A stretch of 64,000 nucleotides of DNA from assembly GCF_031769215.1 (NCBI RefSeq), contig NW_026781978.1, positions 1,488,001 to 1,552,000 on the forward strand, written 5' to 3'. Numbering within the stretch: position 1 is the stretch's first letter; every line of letters starts with the position of its first letter. The position numbers were made by a program, and so were the translations under genes. The notes beneath the pieces were generated by a model. It had not been told where the DNA came from, searched no databases, and worked only from the letters and a program-made list of their open reading frames with translations. Positions 14,001-26,300 of the stretch are shown one piece after another. The stretch is from Ylistrum balloti (taxonomy: Eukaryota).

Positions 14001-16731
14001 GGCGTGTGAAGTAATATATTAGTCTGTTTTATACAAGCCAAGGTGATGTATAACAGCCAAGAATTTTTCGTAGACACTGCCAAGTGTAACACTACAGTGC
14101 GTGCTCTCCTGGCATACTAACAACGTGACCCGGTCACACGTGTACTTAGGTAATAACTAAAAACGTTTTGTTGGCGTTATGGGGGTTCACCCTATGGCTT
14201 TGGTGTTATTTCAATTGTTCTTAGCTTTCCTTCTCGAAATATTGATAAATAATGTATAAAAAAGCTTTAGTGCTGTAAGTATGTATTCAACAATCCTAAA
14301 CAAAAGTCCTTTGAAGTTATTGAATTTACGTCACAACGCAATCTATGAATGTGTGAATTGCATATCAGTTAAAGAGTGCTGTAAAATGCCATATTACTAA
14401 TTCTCAAGCCGCAAAAATATTGCATGATTATAGAAAACTGAATAACAATTATGTGGTAGAATATATTAACACACAGAAAATATACTTTCAGGAAAACAAA
14501 AAGGAAACCTAACAAATTGCATCAAATAAAGAAACAAGCAAAACAAAATAGGAAACACGCACCATACACTTATACTGCACCTAATACCAACATTGACAGT
14601 TAACTGCACTTAATATATCGGTCAATAGTTGATTTTAGTACATTTATTACGTTCTCTTCAGATATATTCCCGACCAGACTACGAACAGGTTGTAGTCATC
14701 AATGAAATAAAAAAAATTTATATGTGCTGACGATGGACTAGCATCCCTCGGTCATCGGCTACTTTGAATACATGTTGATGAAATGTACTTCATGACACAA
14801 GGACTCAAACGCCTCCGTTGATATATACCTTATGACACGAGCACTCAAACACCGCCATTAATATATACTTCATGACAGAAGGACTCAAACGTCTCAGGCA
14901 ATATATACTGTATTGCACAAGGACTGAAACACCGAGATTAATATATACCTTATGACACAAGGACTCAAACGTCTCAGTTAATATAAACCTCATGGCACAA
15001 GGACTCAAAACCGCCATTAATATATACCTTATGACATAAGGACTCATCTCAAACTCTTATTATGTACTTTACGGCACAAGAACTCAAACGTTGTCATTGT
15101 CATGTACTTAATCATACAAGGACTCAAAGGAAACAAAAATTAATATTACTTTATACCCCTTCATATGTTTGTGAAATGTTAAAAGTCAGTACATTAGTTT
15201 AATTTAATAAAGACAAGACCGGCGCCAAAATAAGAACAGACTGTGTCTATCAATAAAATGAAAAGATAATTATCGTAATGGTGATAAAACCTCATTCAGT
15301 GGCGGTGTGGTTGTAGATACATGAACCACATAAAGATATATATCACCACCTCATCACAATTTATCTCGTCCTTCATGATATGTTTCTGAAACTTAGCCAG
15401 TGCTGTCGGACCTTGAATCATTGCAAAAAGGTTGTGAAATGCAGTCTTAGACGTCAGAATACATCATCAATTATACTTATACTATCAGGACACCAGGACA
15501 CATGACATCGTCCTGTGATGTACATACTGACACCAGGACACATGACATTGTCCTGTGATGTACTTATGGACACCAGGACACCTGAAGTCGTCCTGTGATG
15601 TACACATTGACACCAGGACACATGACGTCGTCCTGTGATGTACTCATTGACACCAGGAAAGATGACATTGTCCTGTGATGTACTCATTGACACCAGGAAA
15701 CATGACGTCGTCCTGTGATGTACACATGGACACCAGGACACCTGACGTCGTCCTGTGATGTACTCATTGACACCAGGACACCTGATGTCGTCCTGTGATG
15801 TACTCATTGACACCAGGAAACATGACGTCGTCCTGTGATGTACTCATGGACACCAGGACACATGACGTCGTCCTGTGATTTAGTATTGGACACCAGGACA
15901 CATGACGTCGTCCTGTGATGTACTCATGGACACCAGGACACATGATGTCGTCCTGTGATGTACACATTGACACCAGGACACATGACGTCGTTTTGTGATG
16001 TACTCTTGAACACCAGATTACATAACGACGTTCTGATTGTAGTCTACGACATAAGAACTCTCCCATAGACACTAAAACAAACGTCTGTTTGTCCTTTGGT
16101 GTGCATTCATTGGCACCTGGAGGATTTAACAAAACACGATATTTATCTATCATCCAGATCGTATTTATATCGATTGTATACTACTATCTGGTATTAACCA
16201 CTTTGTCTAGCTCCTAATAGTTCTCAACTCTATGATATATGTACTTTTGAAACACAAACCGTATAAACAACATTGTTATTCAGTGTGATATTTTTTCAGT
16301 GCGGAAGTGTTGCGGGTGCCATTGCTGTCGTCCTGACCTTGACCTTGATGAGCGTGATGTACCCGTTTATGTACCGAGCGTCCTGGAGTATATATCTCGG
16401 AGCCTTCCTTCTGCCAACAGTGGGATTCCTGTTCGGATACCTTGTTGCAACCTTATTCCGGATGGATACATCAAGACGTATCACGGTTTCCTTGGAAACA
16501 GGCATACAGAACTTCCCGCTGTGTATGACACTGTTGACCTTGACATTTGATAAGAGCATGTTTGCTTTGATTTCGTTATTTCCATTAATGTACGGTGTTA
16601 CTTGTATTCTTTGTAGTATCCTTTTTCTCTTCCTTTACAAAATATGTGTTTTCATAGTAAAGTGGAATGACAAACGTGGATTTTATACAGTTGCAAAGTC
16701 AGAAACGGAAGTAAAAGAACAGAAAGCCTAA
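11053..16731 (+). CDS. SLC10A: SLC10-family sodium/bile acid cotransporter (ASBT/NTCP/SOAT-like), 343 aa
   Basis: Exons 11053-11447, 12136-12340, 16300-16731 (1032 nt); all GT-AG and phase-consistent (…DGDVPL-S-VAMTATST…; …VVK|CGSV…). Motifs SQF, SCPGGSTSN, DGD.PLS..MT and ETGIQN are intact. An acceptor at 11038-11039 implies an upstream non-coding exon. Subfamily not resolvable. Confidence 0.93.
12432..12635. mobile_element. MITE/foldback-like element, ~58-bp imperfect inverted arms around 3 x 21-bp repeats
   Basis: Left arm TGGCTGATTCGGGATATTGTGATATCACTTTGTTTAGTGGAACGCGATATTGTGAGA pairs with right arm TCTCGCAATATCGCGTTCCAATAAACATAGCGATATAAAGATGTCTCGAATTAGCCA; core GAAGCGAGATCACGAGACCGC x~3. 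No clear TSD. Confidence 0.6.
13095..13137. repeat. (TAT)n microsatellite
   Basis: Run of TATTATTAT… read directly. Confidence 0.85.
13335..13620 (-). mobile_element. SINE/LINE-derived fragment beginning with a Meta-domain-like module, no tRNA head visible
   Basis: Minus strand starts TCCCCTGCGGATAGGGGTTAGAATATATCCGCTGTGTCCTACTGCATGTAGTAAAAGTCCACTAAAAGGG, resembling the recalled bivalve MetaSINE core (GGGTTAGAATA…TGTCGTAAGAGGCGACTAAA). Confidence 0.5.
14794..15060. repeat. Degenerate 40-bp minisatellite (~6.5 copies, alternating dimer)
   Basis: Unit GACACAAGGACTCAAAC(GTCTCAG/ACCGCCA)TTAATATATACCTTAT. Confidence 0.85.
15489..16017. repeat. 40-bp minisatellite (~13 copies) with internal inverted repeat, in SLC10 intron 2
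   Basis: Unit GACACCAGGACACATGACGTCGTCCTGTGATGTACTCATT; CAGGAC…GTCCTG stem in most units. Explains the repetitive ORFs at 15454-16153. Confidence 0.95.
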
Positions 16732-18923
16732 AAGGCATTGATTTGAAAACCTCATTACACATGCTATGCTATTGATCCTCGGTCCAATGGACAGTATCTT
16801 TTTACACTTGTTTAAGTACATTTGACATTATATTCATCTTTTAAAAAATGTGCTTTGCCGTTGTCATACGAAATCTTATTGAATTAATTACCTTGTATAG
16901 CACTACATGTACTAGTGTTGGTATACTTTTATTTTCCACTTGATATTGCTGAACAATATATCAAATATTCACAAATTAATGTTTCATTGTTTCATTGTTA
17001 CCGCATTCTCTACTATTGTTCATACTTACTAAATTGCGTTAATTGACTTCAACATTGTAATCAATAGCTACAATACTGCGTCCAGTGTTCGCATTGCTGT
17101 GTCCAATATCTACATCATTGCGTACAATTACAGTATTGCGATTAATTGAAACAAATTCTTACAAAGTTACGTTCAAATATTTGAACACATTGTTATGAGA
17201 ACAACAGTGTTAAACACTTTATAGACATCAACCGTTCTCTAACATACCACGCCAAAATCCGATATCACTCAAACTAGATTACGTCATGTTGACTAATTAT
17301 ATTAAAACCTCGTCAAGACTTTAAATTTTCCAGATCTATGGGTCAAATTTGTTCAAATTCAACATTCAACTACAACCAATATTTTGCCTCCGACCAAGGG
17401 ACTACGTCATCATGTGGTCAAGTGTTGTAAACAAATCTTAAATCGCCGAGATACCATTAATGTACGTCACGAAGGTCAAAAATTGGAATGCATTCGCCTA
17501 GATACCATCTGCGTCATCTGCTCATGTAATTTAGAGCCAAAAATAAAATAGAAACGATTTCGACAATTCCAAAATTAAAAAAATTATCACCAATAATTGT
17601 TTTTTTTTTTTTCGATTGTCTTTAACAATTTCATAAATTATACGAAACAAAGCACAATTTAGACAGGGCGGTTTCGTAAACATCAGTGACCGGGTTCACA
17701 GTACATTGCCAAGTGGGCCAAGGTTGTCGATGGTAGGTTAGCTTGTTTACAGTGTGAGATAGGGGGTGTGTTCTTTGGATGCATTTGATTGGTCTAGCAA
17801 GCTGGCCGGAAGCCAACACCCCAACGTTGCCAAGGAATGCGTCATTTAGAAAATTTGGCGAAAATGTTGGACTGTTAAACATCACGCCGTGTTATCGCTG
17901 TTGACAGCATCGACAAATCAAAAAGTGAAAAGTTTCGGCGAATAATTTTGATACTTGTTACTTGATCGGAAAATGAATTGTAAGCTTCAGGAAAATTTAG
18001 ATGCAAGATTAATGCCCAAATAATTTTGATCAATAAAGCAGCCAGGATTGGGAAGATGCCAAAAACATAGTAGTCGTAGTGGTATACCTATATTTTTACA
18101 ACGCCATGTAAACATAACACAGAGGTCGTATAATACCGAACTGGCCCACTAACCTAGCGGCCTACTCTATGCTGACCCGCTTTCACACGTTACGGCAATA
18201 TTTTCTCTCGTTACTCACGGTGGCGCTATCGGGCGGAAACAGCACCAGCAATATAACACTTCTCCGTTACATAGATAGAGTAATATGTACTTTAGTTTAA
18301 TTCATGCCGTGTTTTACTACGATTAGCTGACTAGGATCTAGTGAATGGAGTTTTCTGTCCTGATAAAATCGCTCTACGTCCGGCAATCTGGCATTGGATC
18401 GCACAGCCTGTCATGGTGTATCTGCTGCCCGAGTGTCTAGACATCATCGTTCAGTGTTTGTAAACATACGGGTTTTGTGCGTAGGCATTCCAAGTGGGAA
18501 ACAAGATTGAATTGTATATATCAAAGAAAATCAATCAGATGAAATCCAATGGGTTCTCATTCCTTCTACATTGTTGAATACTTCTTTAAATGCAAAAGGT
18601 CAAATTATCGAGAAACCAAAAGGAATAGTTTAAATAGTTTACTTCACATCGTTTTCCCAAAAAACTGATATCAAAATTTTGTTTTCATTTCAACCATGAA
18701 CTTCTTAAATATACTACAATATTTTCAAAGTGTAAAATATGTTGAAAGGATCTCTCTCAGGAACAACAGAAATTTGCCCACACATCTAATTAGGTAAAAG
18801 TAGATGGTGTTTGTAGCACCTTGATTGACTACCCATGAATTAGGAGTAAAAAATCCAAAAGGTCCATCGAGCCTGTACTACGCCCCATTTAGTGTCGTAA
18901 CAGGGTTTTTCATCCGAAAAAGT

Positions 18924-21900
18924 ATTAAAACTACAGTGTATATTACCAAATGATATAATGTTTGATTAACAAGGATCAGCTTGACAGTATGGTGTTAAAT
19001 GTGTATCAAATTACTGCAAAATGGAAAAAAATCAAACAGTTTCCAAACTGAAAAAGTATAATTTTTTGCACTTTTTTCTAGTTTTTCAAAGAACTGAAAC
19101 AGGCACTATGCAACAAAAATCTTTATATTTTATTTGACCCTTTGTGTCAAGAACATGTGGTGAAAATTTCAGGAAAATCGAGAATCGCTAAAGGTGTCAT
19201 TTAAAAGCCAAAAGACTAGTATTTCAATTTTAGATCATTTTGTTGGGGTCGAAAACCAATTTATTAGTTGAGTGATATCATCAAGTAATATCATGTTCCA
19301 TTATTCAAAGCAATTTAGTGATTGCATCAAAATGAATACAAGTGCGATACGAGGTTCAGCTGACAGTGAAAAAAAAGGCCAAAAATGCCTAGGAGTCTCG
19401 ATTCACAGTATAATACTAAGTAGTTGGTTAAAATCTTTGCTCATAGGAGAGGGGTTATCAATTGAAACCGATATCAAGATTTGCGAAAGGTGTTGCATAA
19501 AAAAGACCAAGACCACATACAAACAATGACTACTCCCGATATGATAAAGCTCCATCTTCAGAATATACGTCCTAGAATATTAGTAGTGACAATGCAGATA
19601 ATGTTGAGACTGTCACAGACACTCTCCCACATTTGAGTTCCGACGATCTGAAGTATGCAGCAACTTCTCATCGGAAATGTTCTATATGTCTTAGTTATAA
19701 TGACAACTTTTAATAAACCTGAATCTGCACGCCAACGTCTGGTCATCAAATATCGGCTATGGTGATCTCCTGATGCCAGTATTTGTCCAGAACACCTCAT
19801 TAGGTTTTTTTCTTATTCCCGATATTATAGTATCTTTGGTCAACAGCAGTCCACTACGAGATAGATTAGATGACACTATTTTACTATTATTCATAAATGA
19901 TTTCCTTAAACTCACAAGGAATCCACTCAAGGCAATTCAACAAAATTGCAGTTTAGAAACCTGTCTGATGCAGACTGCCATGCGTGGACTGGCTGGTCAC
20001 TAGAACAGTTCATGATGATGTATGGCATAATTGAACTTGCATTTCTTTCAGTTTTTGGCTAGAGTTTGTGTTTGTACAATATACAAAATTAAAAATCGAT
20101 TCATCATGGAATGAAATGACTGTCTTTAAAAGTCTTACCCAAACCTCACTCTCTAGTTTTTTTCACAAAGTTGTAGATAGTTTTAACACAAAAATTATGC
20201 CCAAATTCCTTCCCATATTTCCATATCTCACGTGAAGAAGCCCTTGCGTACAACACAACATTTTATTTTGGGAAAAAGTCAGCATCATATTTGATGGTAC
20301 ATATATTTATATCAACAAGAGTAATGACCATCAATTCCAGAGGGTTTCCTGTGGAGGACAGAAAAAGCGCAACTACTTGAAATTCAATTCTATGGTGTTA
20401 TCCGATCGATATATTTTGGACGCTATTGTCCTTTACTATGGAATGGGAGCATCAATGATTGTAATAATAACGAAGCGCATTATTCAGCATTTTGATGCAC
20501 TTAAGAATTGGTTGCAAGACAGTGACGATGTCATAATAGACAAGGTTTAAGGGACATTTTAGTTGTCCTGGCAGACTTAGAACGAGGCAAATTTCCATCA
20601 TTCTTGCAAGTTGGCAAGTTACATGCTAACACAGTGCAAGCAAACAATGATAGTTTGTGCACAAAAACTAGACCGTCGTTTATAAAGGTGGGTGTTTTTC
20701 AGGGACAAACTGCCATCCAATTACTCTATCCGAGTCATTGACAAGCTGGTCCGCATTGTTACAGCATTCTCTTGGACTGCTTCAGAGGACCAATATATCA
20801 GCCTGGCGTAGACCAGGAGCAGCGAGACATCAAGATGGCACAACGCATGCACGTGTGAAAGAAGACAATCTCCTTGCAAAAAGGGTTGAGGACGATCCAT
20901 ATATGTCGTCTACAGAGCACATCAGAGTTGAAGAAGCTGGAAGCATCCAACATTTCATTTCCTCGATTGCATGTGGCTCATATCAGATCAACATTTCGCC
21001 TGGTTATATTTCTGAATGTAGTGACTATGAAGCTTGAATGTACAAGCATGCAGATGATCTTGTTCGTGAAAAGAGTCACTCACGTCACGAGTCTCAAAAT
21101 ATAATGTTTGGATCCAGTTTGACGTGAAAGATCCTGACGATCTAGTGAAATCGCATTATTGTATCTGTCCTGCAGGCAAGAGAACATCTGGTATGTGTGG
21201 TCATGTTGCATCGATTCTTTACTATTTACTATTTAAGACAGGGACAGGCGAAAACTCTTCAACCCAATTGCAACCAAGGTATATATCCTCTCTTCTGATC
21301 AACATTTGTTGGCACATTCTTCACACTTAGTGATGCCCAATTCACTAATTTATTCATAAATTATCATTACTGATAATCAAAAGCTTTGAATGAAAAAAAT
21401 GTTGTTGAGATAATATATTACAAGGGTCGTTTCTATGCCTCTAAAACTGTATTATCATCTTCTGACCATGCAGTTTCTTGAGATATAGTAACTTTCGAGC
21501 CTTTAAATGGCAATTCCACCGGTTCTCATTTGTTCTGAAATTTTCACGGTATACACTTCAGATAATATTTATCAATTAACAATATTTATATTTATTTTTG
21601 ACATGGGAACTTGCAGAAGAATCTACTTATTCAAAATTGACATCCTATGACTATGTACATCATTGTTTTAACAGATTTTTGAGGAAATACTGACCCCTGT
21701 CAAATCCCAACAAAATTGACTAAAGTTGAAATACTAGTCTTTTGGCTTTTAAATGACACCTTTAGCGATTCTCGATTTTCCTGAAATTTTCACCAAAGGG
21801 CCAAATAATGTATAAAGATGTTTGGTGCAGTTTACTGGAAAAACAGGCTTCAGTTCTTTGAAAAATTGTCTTAGCTGTAAAAATGTCGAAAAAAATCATT

Positions 21901-22017
21901 TTAAAACAGTGATTTTGTTTATTTTGCAAAATTTTTATACATATTTAAAAACATGTTGTATAACTGATCCTTGTTAATCAAACATATCATTTGGTAATGT
22001 ACGCTGTAATTGTTAAT
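18924..22017 (+). mobile_element. Decayed ISL2EU/PIF-Harbinger-like DNA transposon (DDE transposase with C-terminal SWIM finger) flanked by ~325-bp inverted repeats
   Basis: Arms ~18924-19250 and ~21692-22017. Frameshifted coding remnants: SHRKCSIC…ICPEHL (~19660-19800), IIFDGTYIYINKSNDHQFQR (20284-20345), VIID-(fs)-RGLRD (~20530), QANNDSLCTKTR, YNVWIQFD…HYCICPAGKRTSGMCGHVASILYYL (SWIM CxC…CxH, 21100-21230). Many stops and indels. Whether the arms are the element's own TIRs is inferred. Confidence 0.75.
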
Positions 22018-23157
22018 TTATGAAGTGGGTTAGGTTTTTTTTGTGGAGAGGTAAATCGAAAAAATCATGAAGAGTTTCATAAATCTCATCTGAAATGGAA
22101 ACGACTGTAACATTCTGTTCATCACATAACGTACATACTTTTGCCAAACATTCGCGATGAAAATATTTAATCCGATTAATACAAAATCTGATATGTCACC
22201 ATGCCTCACCCTATATCGTTTTATTTGTAGACCACAATATACGTATGGCGCTTTTTAACACGATAGAAACTGAAGAAGTATTCAGCCAATCACAGCGCTG
22301 ATAGGATATATTGCTCGTTATTTCACTGGTAATAGGGTAAAAACATGACAGTGCTGAAAGGTCACATCACGGGAAGTGTAGCATTTGATTGGATAATGGG
22401 TTTAACGTATTCATTTAACAAGTGAGCTAACGGAAGAGTTGTTTCATCCAATGCGAATTTCCTGGGACCGGGACTGAAGTGATGAGATTTCTCACAGCAT
22501 TCCATTGGCCAATTATAATGGCTCTTTGCCTGAAGGTTGAAGAATTTAAAAGATTTGTATTTTTGTTATTTCAGCATACTTGATGTATATGACCTTGAAG
22601 GTAGATCAAGATTATTCACCGCATTTAAACACATAACCACTCATCGCAGCATTTCTTAGTTCATTCAAAGGCCTTTTAAATACTTTAATAAAGTTTGACA
22701 AAAATAACATTGAAAATGCGTTTTAACAAAAAATATAGCCATTCCCCGTAACATGCTACAGAATATAGGGATTCTCACTTAAGAATTCTTAACGGAGAAA
22801 GAACACACCTGTTCGCGTGCTATGTCTGGTATGCCTTTGATAGAAAGTTTTAAAGCACGCTGACCAAGCATTTTCCTGAACATATTAACCAAATGACGGT
22901 TGGTAGCTGTCATAAACAAATTACAGTTAAAACATACAATTTTCATATGTTTTTTCTTCTAACAATAACAAAGAATCATGTTATGGTACCTTAGATAAAA
23001 CTACTATCACTAAACAGGAGGTTAATTGTAAACGTTTGTAGAATTTTTTCTAAAAGATGAACTTAATATTTATTGATATTTTTTTAATCTGTATTACAAA
23101 ATCTTAATTCATTCCGTGTGATGTCTCCGTATTTTCTCGTATTACATTTCCTTATTT

Positions 23158-23380
23158 GCACCGTGGGGCCCGAATGGTTAATGCATCTGATCGTCGCTTC
23201 ATCACTTGTCCTCCTCATCTGGATCGCAGGTTCGAGGCCTGCGTTGGGCAAACGCCTGGTACTGGCCGCAGGTCAGTGTTTTTTCTCACGGATCTCCGAC
23301 TTTTTTCACCGCCCAAACCTGCCACATCTTTAAATGACCCTGGCTGTTGAAAGGACGTAAAGCAAAATTAATTTAAACCA
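23158..23380 (+). mobile_element. tRNA-derived SINE (V-domain/BivaV-like), near full length
   Basis: A-box-like TGGGGCCCGAATGG, B-box GGTTCGAGGCC (23229), central GGTCAGTGTTTTTTCTCACGGATCTCCGAC, tail TAAATGACCCTGGCTGTTGAAAGGACGTAAAGCAAAA. Family from recall. Confidence 0.75.
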
Positions 23381-26300
23381 GTCCTGTATTTTATAACATA
23401 CATGCATGATAATATAATACAGGTGTATTAAGAATTAACTACAAATGACGTACAAATTTGACAAAAGTTAGGATAGTTTAAAATAATCAAATGTAACCAA
23501 AATTTGACCGATTTTCAATGTTTCATAAAATTTAGCAACAACTACACAACACTATTAATACTTATCTTTCTATCTAAACTTTTTTACAGCGAGATTTTTT
23601 TAATTATTGAGTGACATTTTCCACAGGTGGATAGAGTTATGTGATGTAACGATAATATTGCCCTCTTGGAATACCTTCTGGCATTTTCTGAAACAGAATT
23701 GATCAGGCCTCCATCTAATATATTTTTTGTGATTCAATGTGAAATATCATGCTTGTAAAAGAAATCCAAACTATGCTGGACTATAAATAGGCCGTCATCT
23801 AGATGTCGGTTAAATATGCATAAGAACCCTAGTTAAACGAATAATCTTAACACAGACAAATTTGTCTGAAACGTTAGGATAAAGCGTGGGAGCATTAAAA
23901 TCTATGAATGAAACGGCACCCAATGGAGTTCTGGGCATAAAACCACAAGAAAGATATTTCTGGAAACTTAAGTAGGTTATAAAACTGTCGAAACACAACT
24001 CTGTGATAATTATAACCATAAAATCAAATTTTATGTTAAAAATAATGACCGAGATATTGTAAAGAAGTGTAGAATAAGAACGAATGTTCAGGTTTTTATT
24101 TTCTTTTTCTCGTTATCTTTAAAGCTAACTTAATTTCACATTCTAATTTCATTTGCATTTTCAGATTAAACTTTCTGAAATGGCTATTGATCAAATGCGA
24201 AAAAATCAGCTTATGCAAAAAATAAATATTAGGCTATGAAATGTTTAGAGAGTGAATATTTTTATAAGATGTAAATGTGCATTGGGGATAGACGTGAGAA
24301 GGAGGAGGCAATGAGAGGAGATGGATATATAATACAATATGATATAATATAATATAATTAAATTTAAGATATAATATAATATAATTTGATATAATGTTAT
24401 ATACAACAATTGCGAAACAAGTTATTTGGAGGGAATGGGGTTGGGGGAATGGTTGATTCAATCAAGTGATTCAATTTCCGGGGATGCCCAAGATTCAGGA
24501 AATTAACAATGCTCAATCACTTACACGCAGTTGGATAATTTGTCTTCAATAGAATAATTACAAAAGAATGTTTACGATTTAATACATGGAAATACCCGTT
24601 TAAAGGACTTATAAATCTTACGCGGGAATACTTAATCAGATCAACACACGGACATGTAAGTCTCGTGGAAACAGAGAAAAGATGATTGGACGATATGATG
24701 GGTCTGATAACCAGATTAACACAATTCGGTGTGTTAAGAAACGGTCGTCTTATAATAGTTAAAAAAGGGAAAAAACATACAAAACATCCAATAAGAGATA
24801 AAATCGATGTTGTTATTCATGTCATGTATTTCCTACATACTTTTATAAGTTTATCCATATATCAGGTCTACACTTTAGTTAAAGAGCCACATCCACTCCG
24901 TTATAGATATTTTTTTCATAATTTATTGACTGGAAATGTTGTTGTGTATTAATAGATAATATATAAATAAAGATTTGTATAAAGTTTCGAACTTGAAATT
25001 GAAAGGGTATTGGGGATATCGGTGCCGAAATTAGTCTCATTAATCAACATCAGGGTATGAATATTGATGAGGAAAAGTCACGTGATACGTTCAGACCCGG
25101 TCAGAACCAAAATAAAAATGGAGGAATAGGTGAGTAGTACGTCCATATGTGACATCGCTTGTAAAGATATTTTACTGATAAATGCAATCAATACTCTATA
25201 TATCATGTATGGAAAGTATCTAACGTATGTATTGATCACATCTTTCAATGCTTAGATATGACACAAAAACGTGCAGATTACGTGAAAAGTTGCAAAGAGG
25301 CCCTCAAATGGGGGCTACGATACGGTAACGAACATATAGAACATCGCGAAATGGATCTATCTAAAGCGAATATTCGATGATAAGAGTATTTATGAATATG
25401 ATTTCAGAGTGATACTACACGAGAGAGCCAAACAGAGGGCAATACAGAGTATGAACCAGCCGGTCGAGGGAGCCATCTTCTTTCTTTTCGTCTCAGAGTC
25501 CATCACAACACGTTTTCTTCCCCGCTTGCCTCGCACGCTTTCTGCCATGTTGGAAAACGGCAGATTTATTTACATTTCTGTGCGTATGCGTAAGAGGGCA
25601 GGACTTCCTGCATAATTATGAATTAGCACTGAGTCGTTTCGAATTCTTGTTTTTAAACTATTTATTACGTTAGATTGGTAGCGATTTACTTTAAAATTGC
25701 GGTATTACAGCGTTAGTCAGAACTTTTGCCACCCGAGAAAAACAGAAGATCATGAAATACTTTTATGTAAAATAATATTGATCGAGGAGTGGGTCTGGCT
25801 CTTTTAGCCTCGACAAATATTTTGACCTTTGAACTTCAAGTGACATTGACTTCAGATATAAAGACTCCAAAGTTGTTCTATTGCTATTTCTACGTCCATA
25901 GAATCTCACTGACACATCTCTAATGAGTCAGAAGTGCTTGACAAAATGATAAATATAACATTTGATTTGAATATGACCTCGGGATGTTCTAATCCGCACG
26001 TGACATGCAGTATCACATCAACATCCTACATATGATAGCCATGTAATCTATTCACATTTACGATGCGGGATTAGTGGCCTTGATTATACAATATTAATTT
26101 GTAGGTACGCAACCCGCCATTTAACCATCCGATATAAATCAATGAAATTTCACTGCCTTTATGAAGTAAGAAATTATAACCTGCACAAGCATATTAAATG
26201 GCGAAGGAAATTTCGCATTTCGACCTCATTATGGACTTAACATTTGGCGCAAAGAACCGGAATTGATATGAGTCAGACAATCTTGTCATCCTGTATCAAT

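Noticed and set aside
15489-16017. CRISPR-like palindromic repeat array
   Set aside because: Units are contiguous with no unique spacers, there are no cas genes, and it lies in a eukaryotic intron.
22620-22900. Penelope-like RT C-terminal remnant on the minus strand
   Set aside because: Only vague similarity (…EFLSEN…GNGY) with several stops; not supportable without an HMM search.
23158-23245. tRNA gene
   Set aside because: A and B boxes are present but there is no cloverleaf; it continues into a SINE body and tail.
25400-25620. Basic RK-rich peptide on the minus strand, like the 5' region of Kolobok-type non-autonomous elements
   Set aside because: No termini or transposase identified; the resemblance is from memory only.
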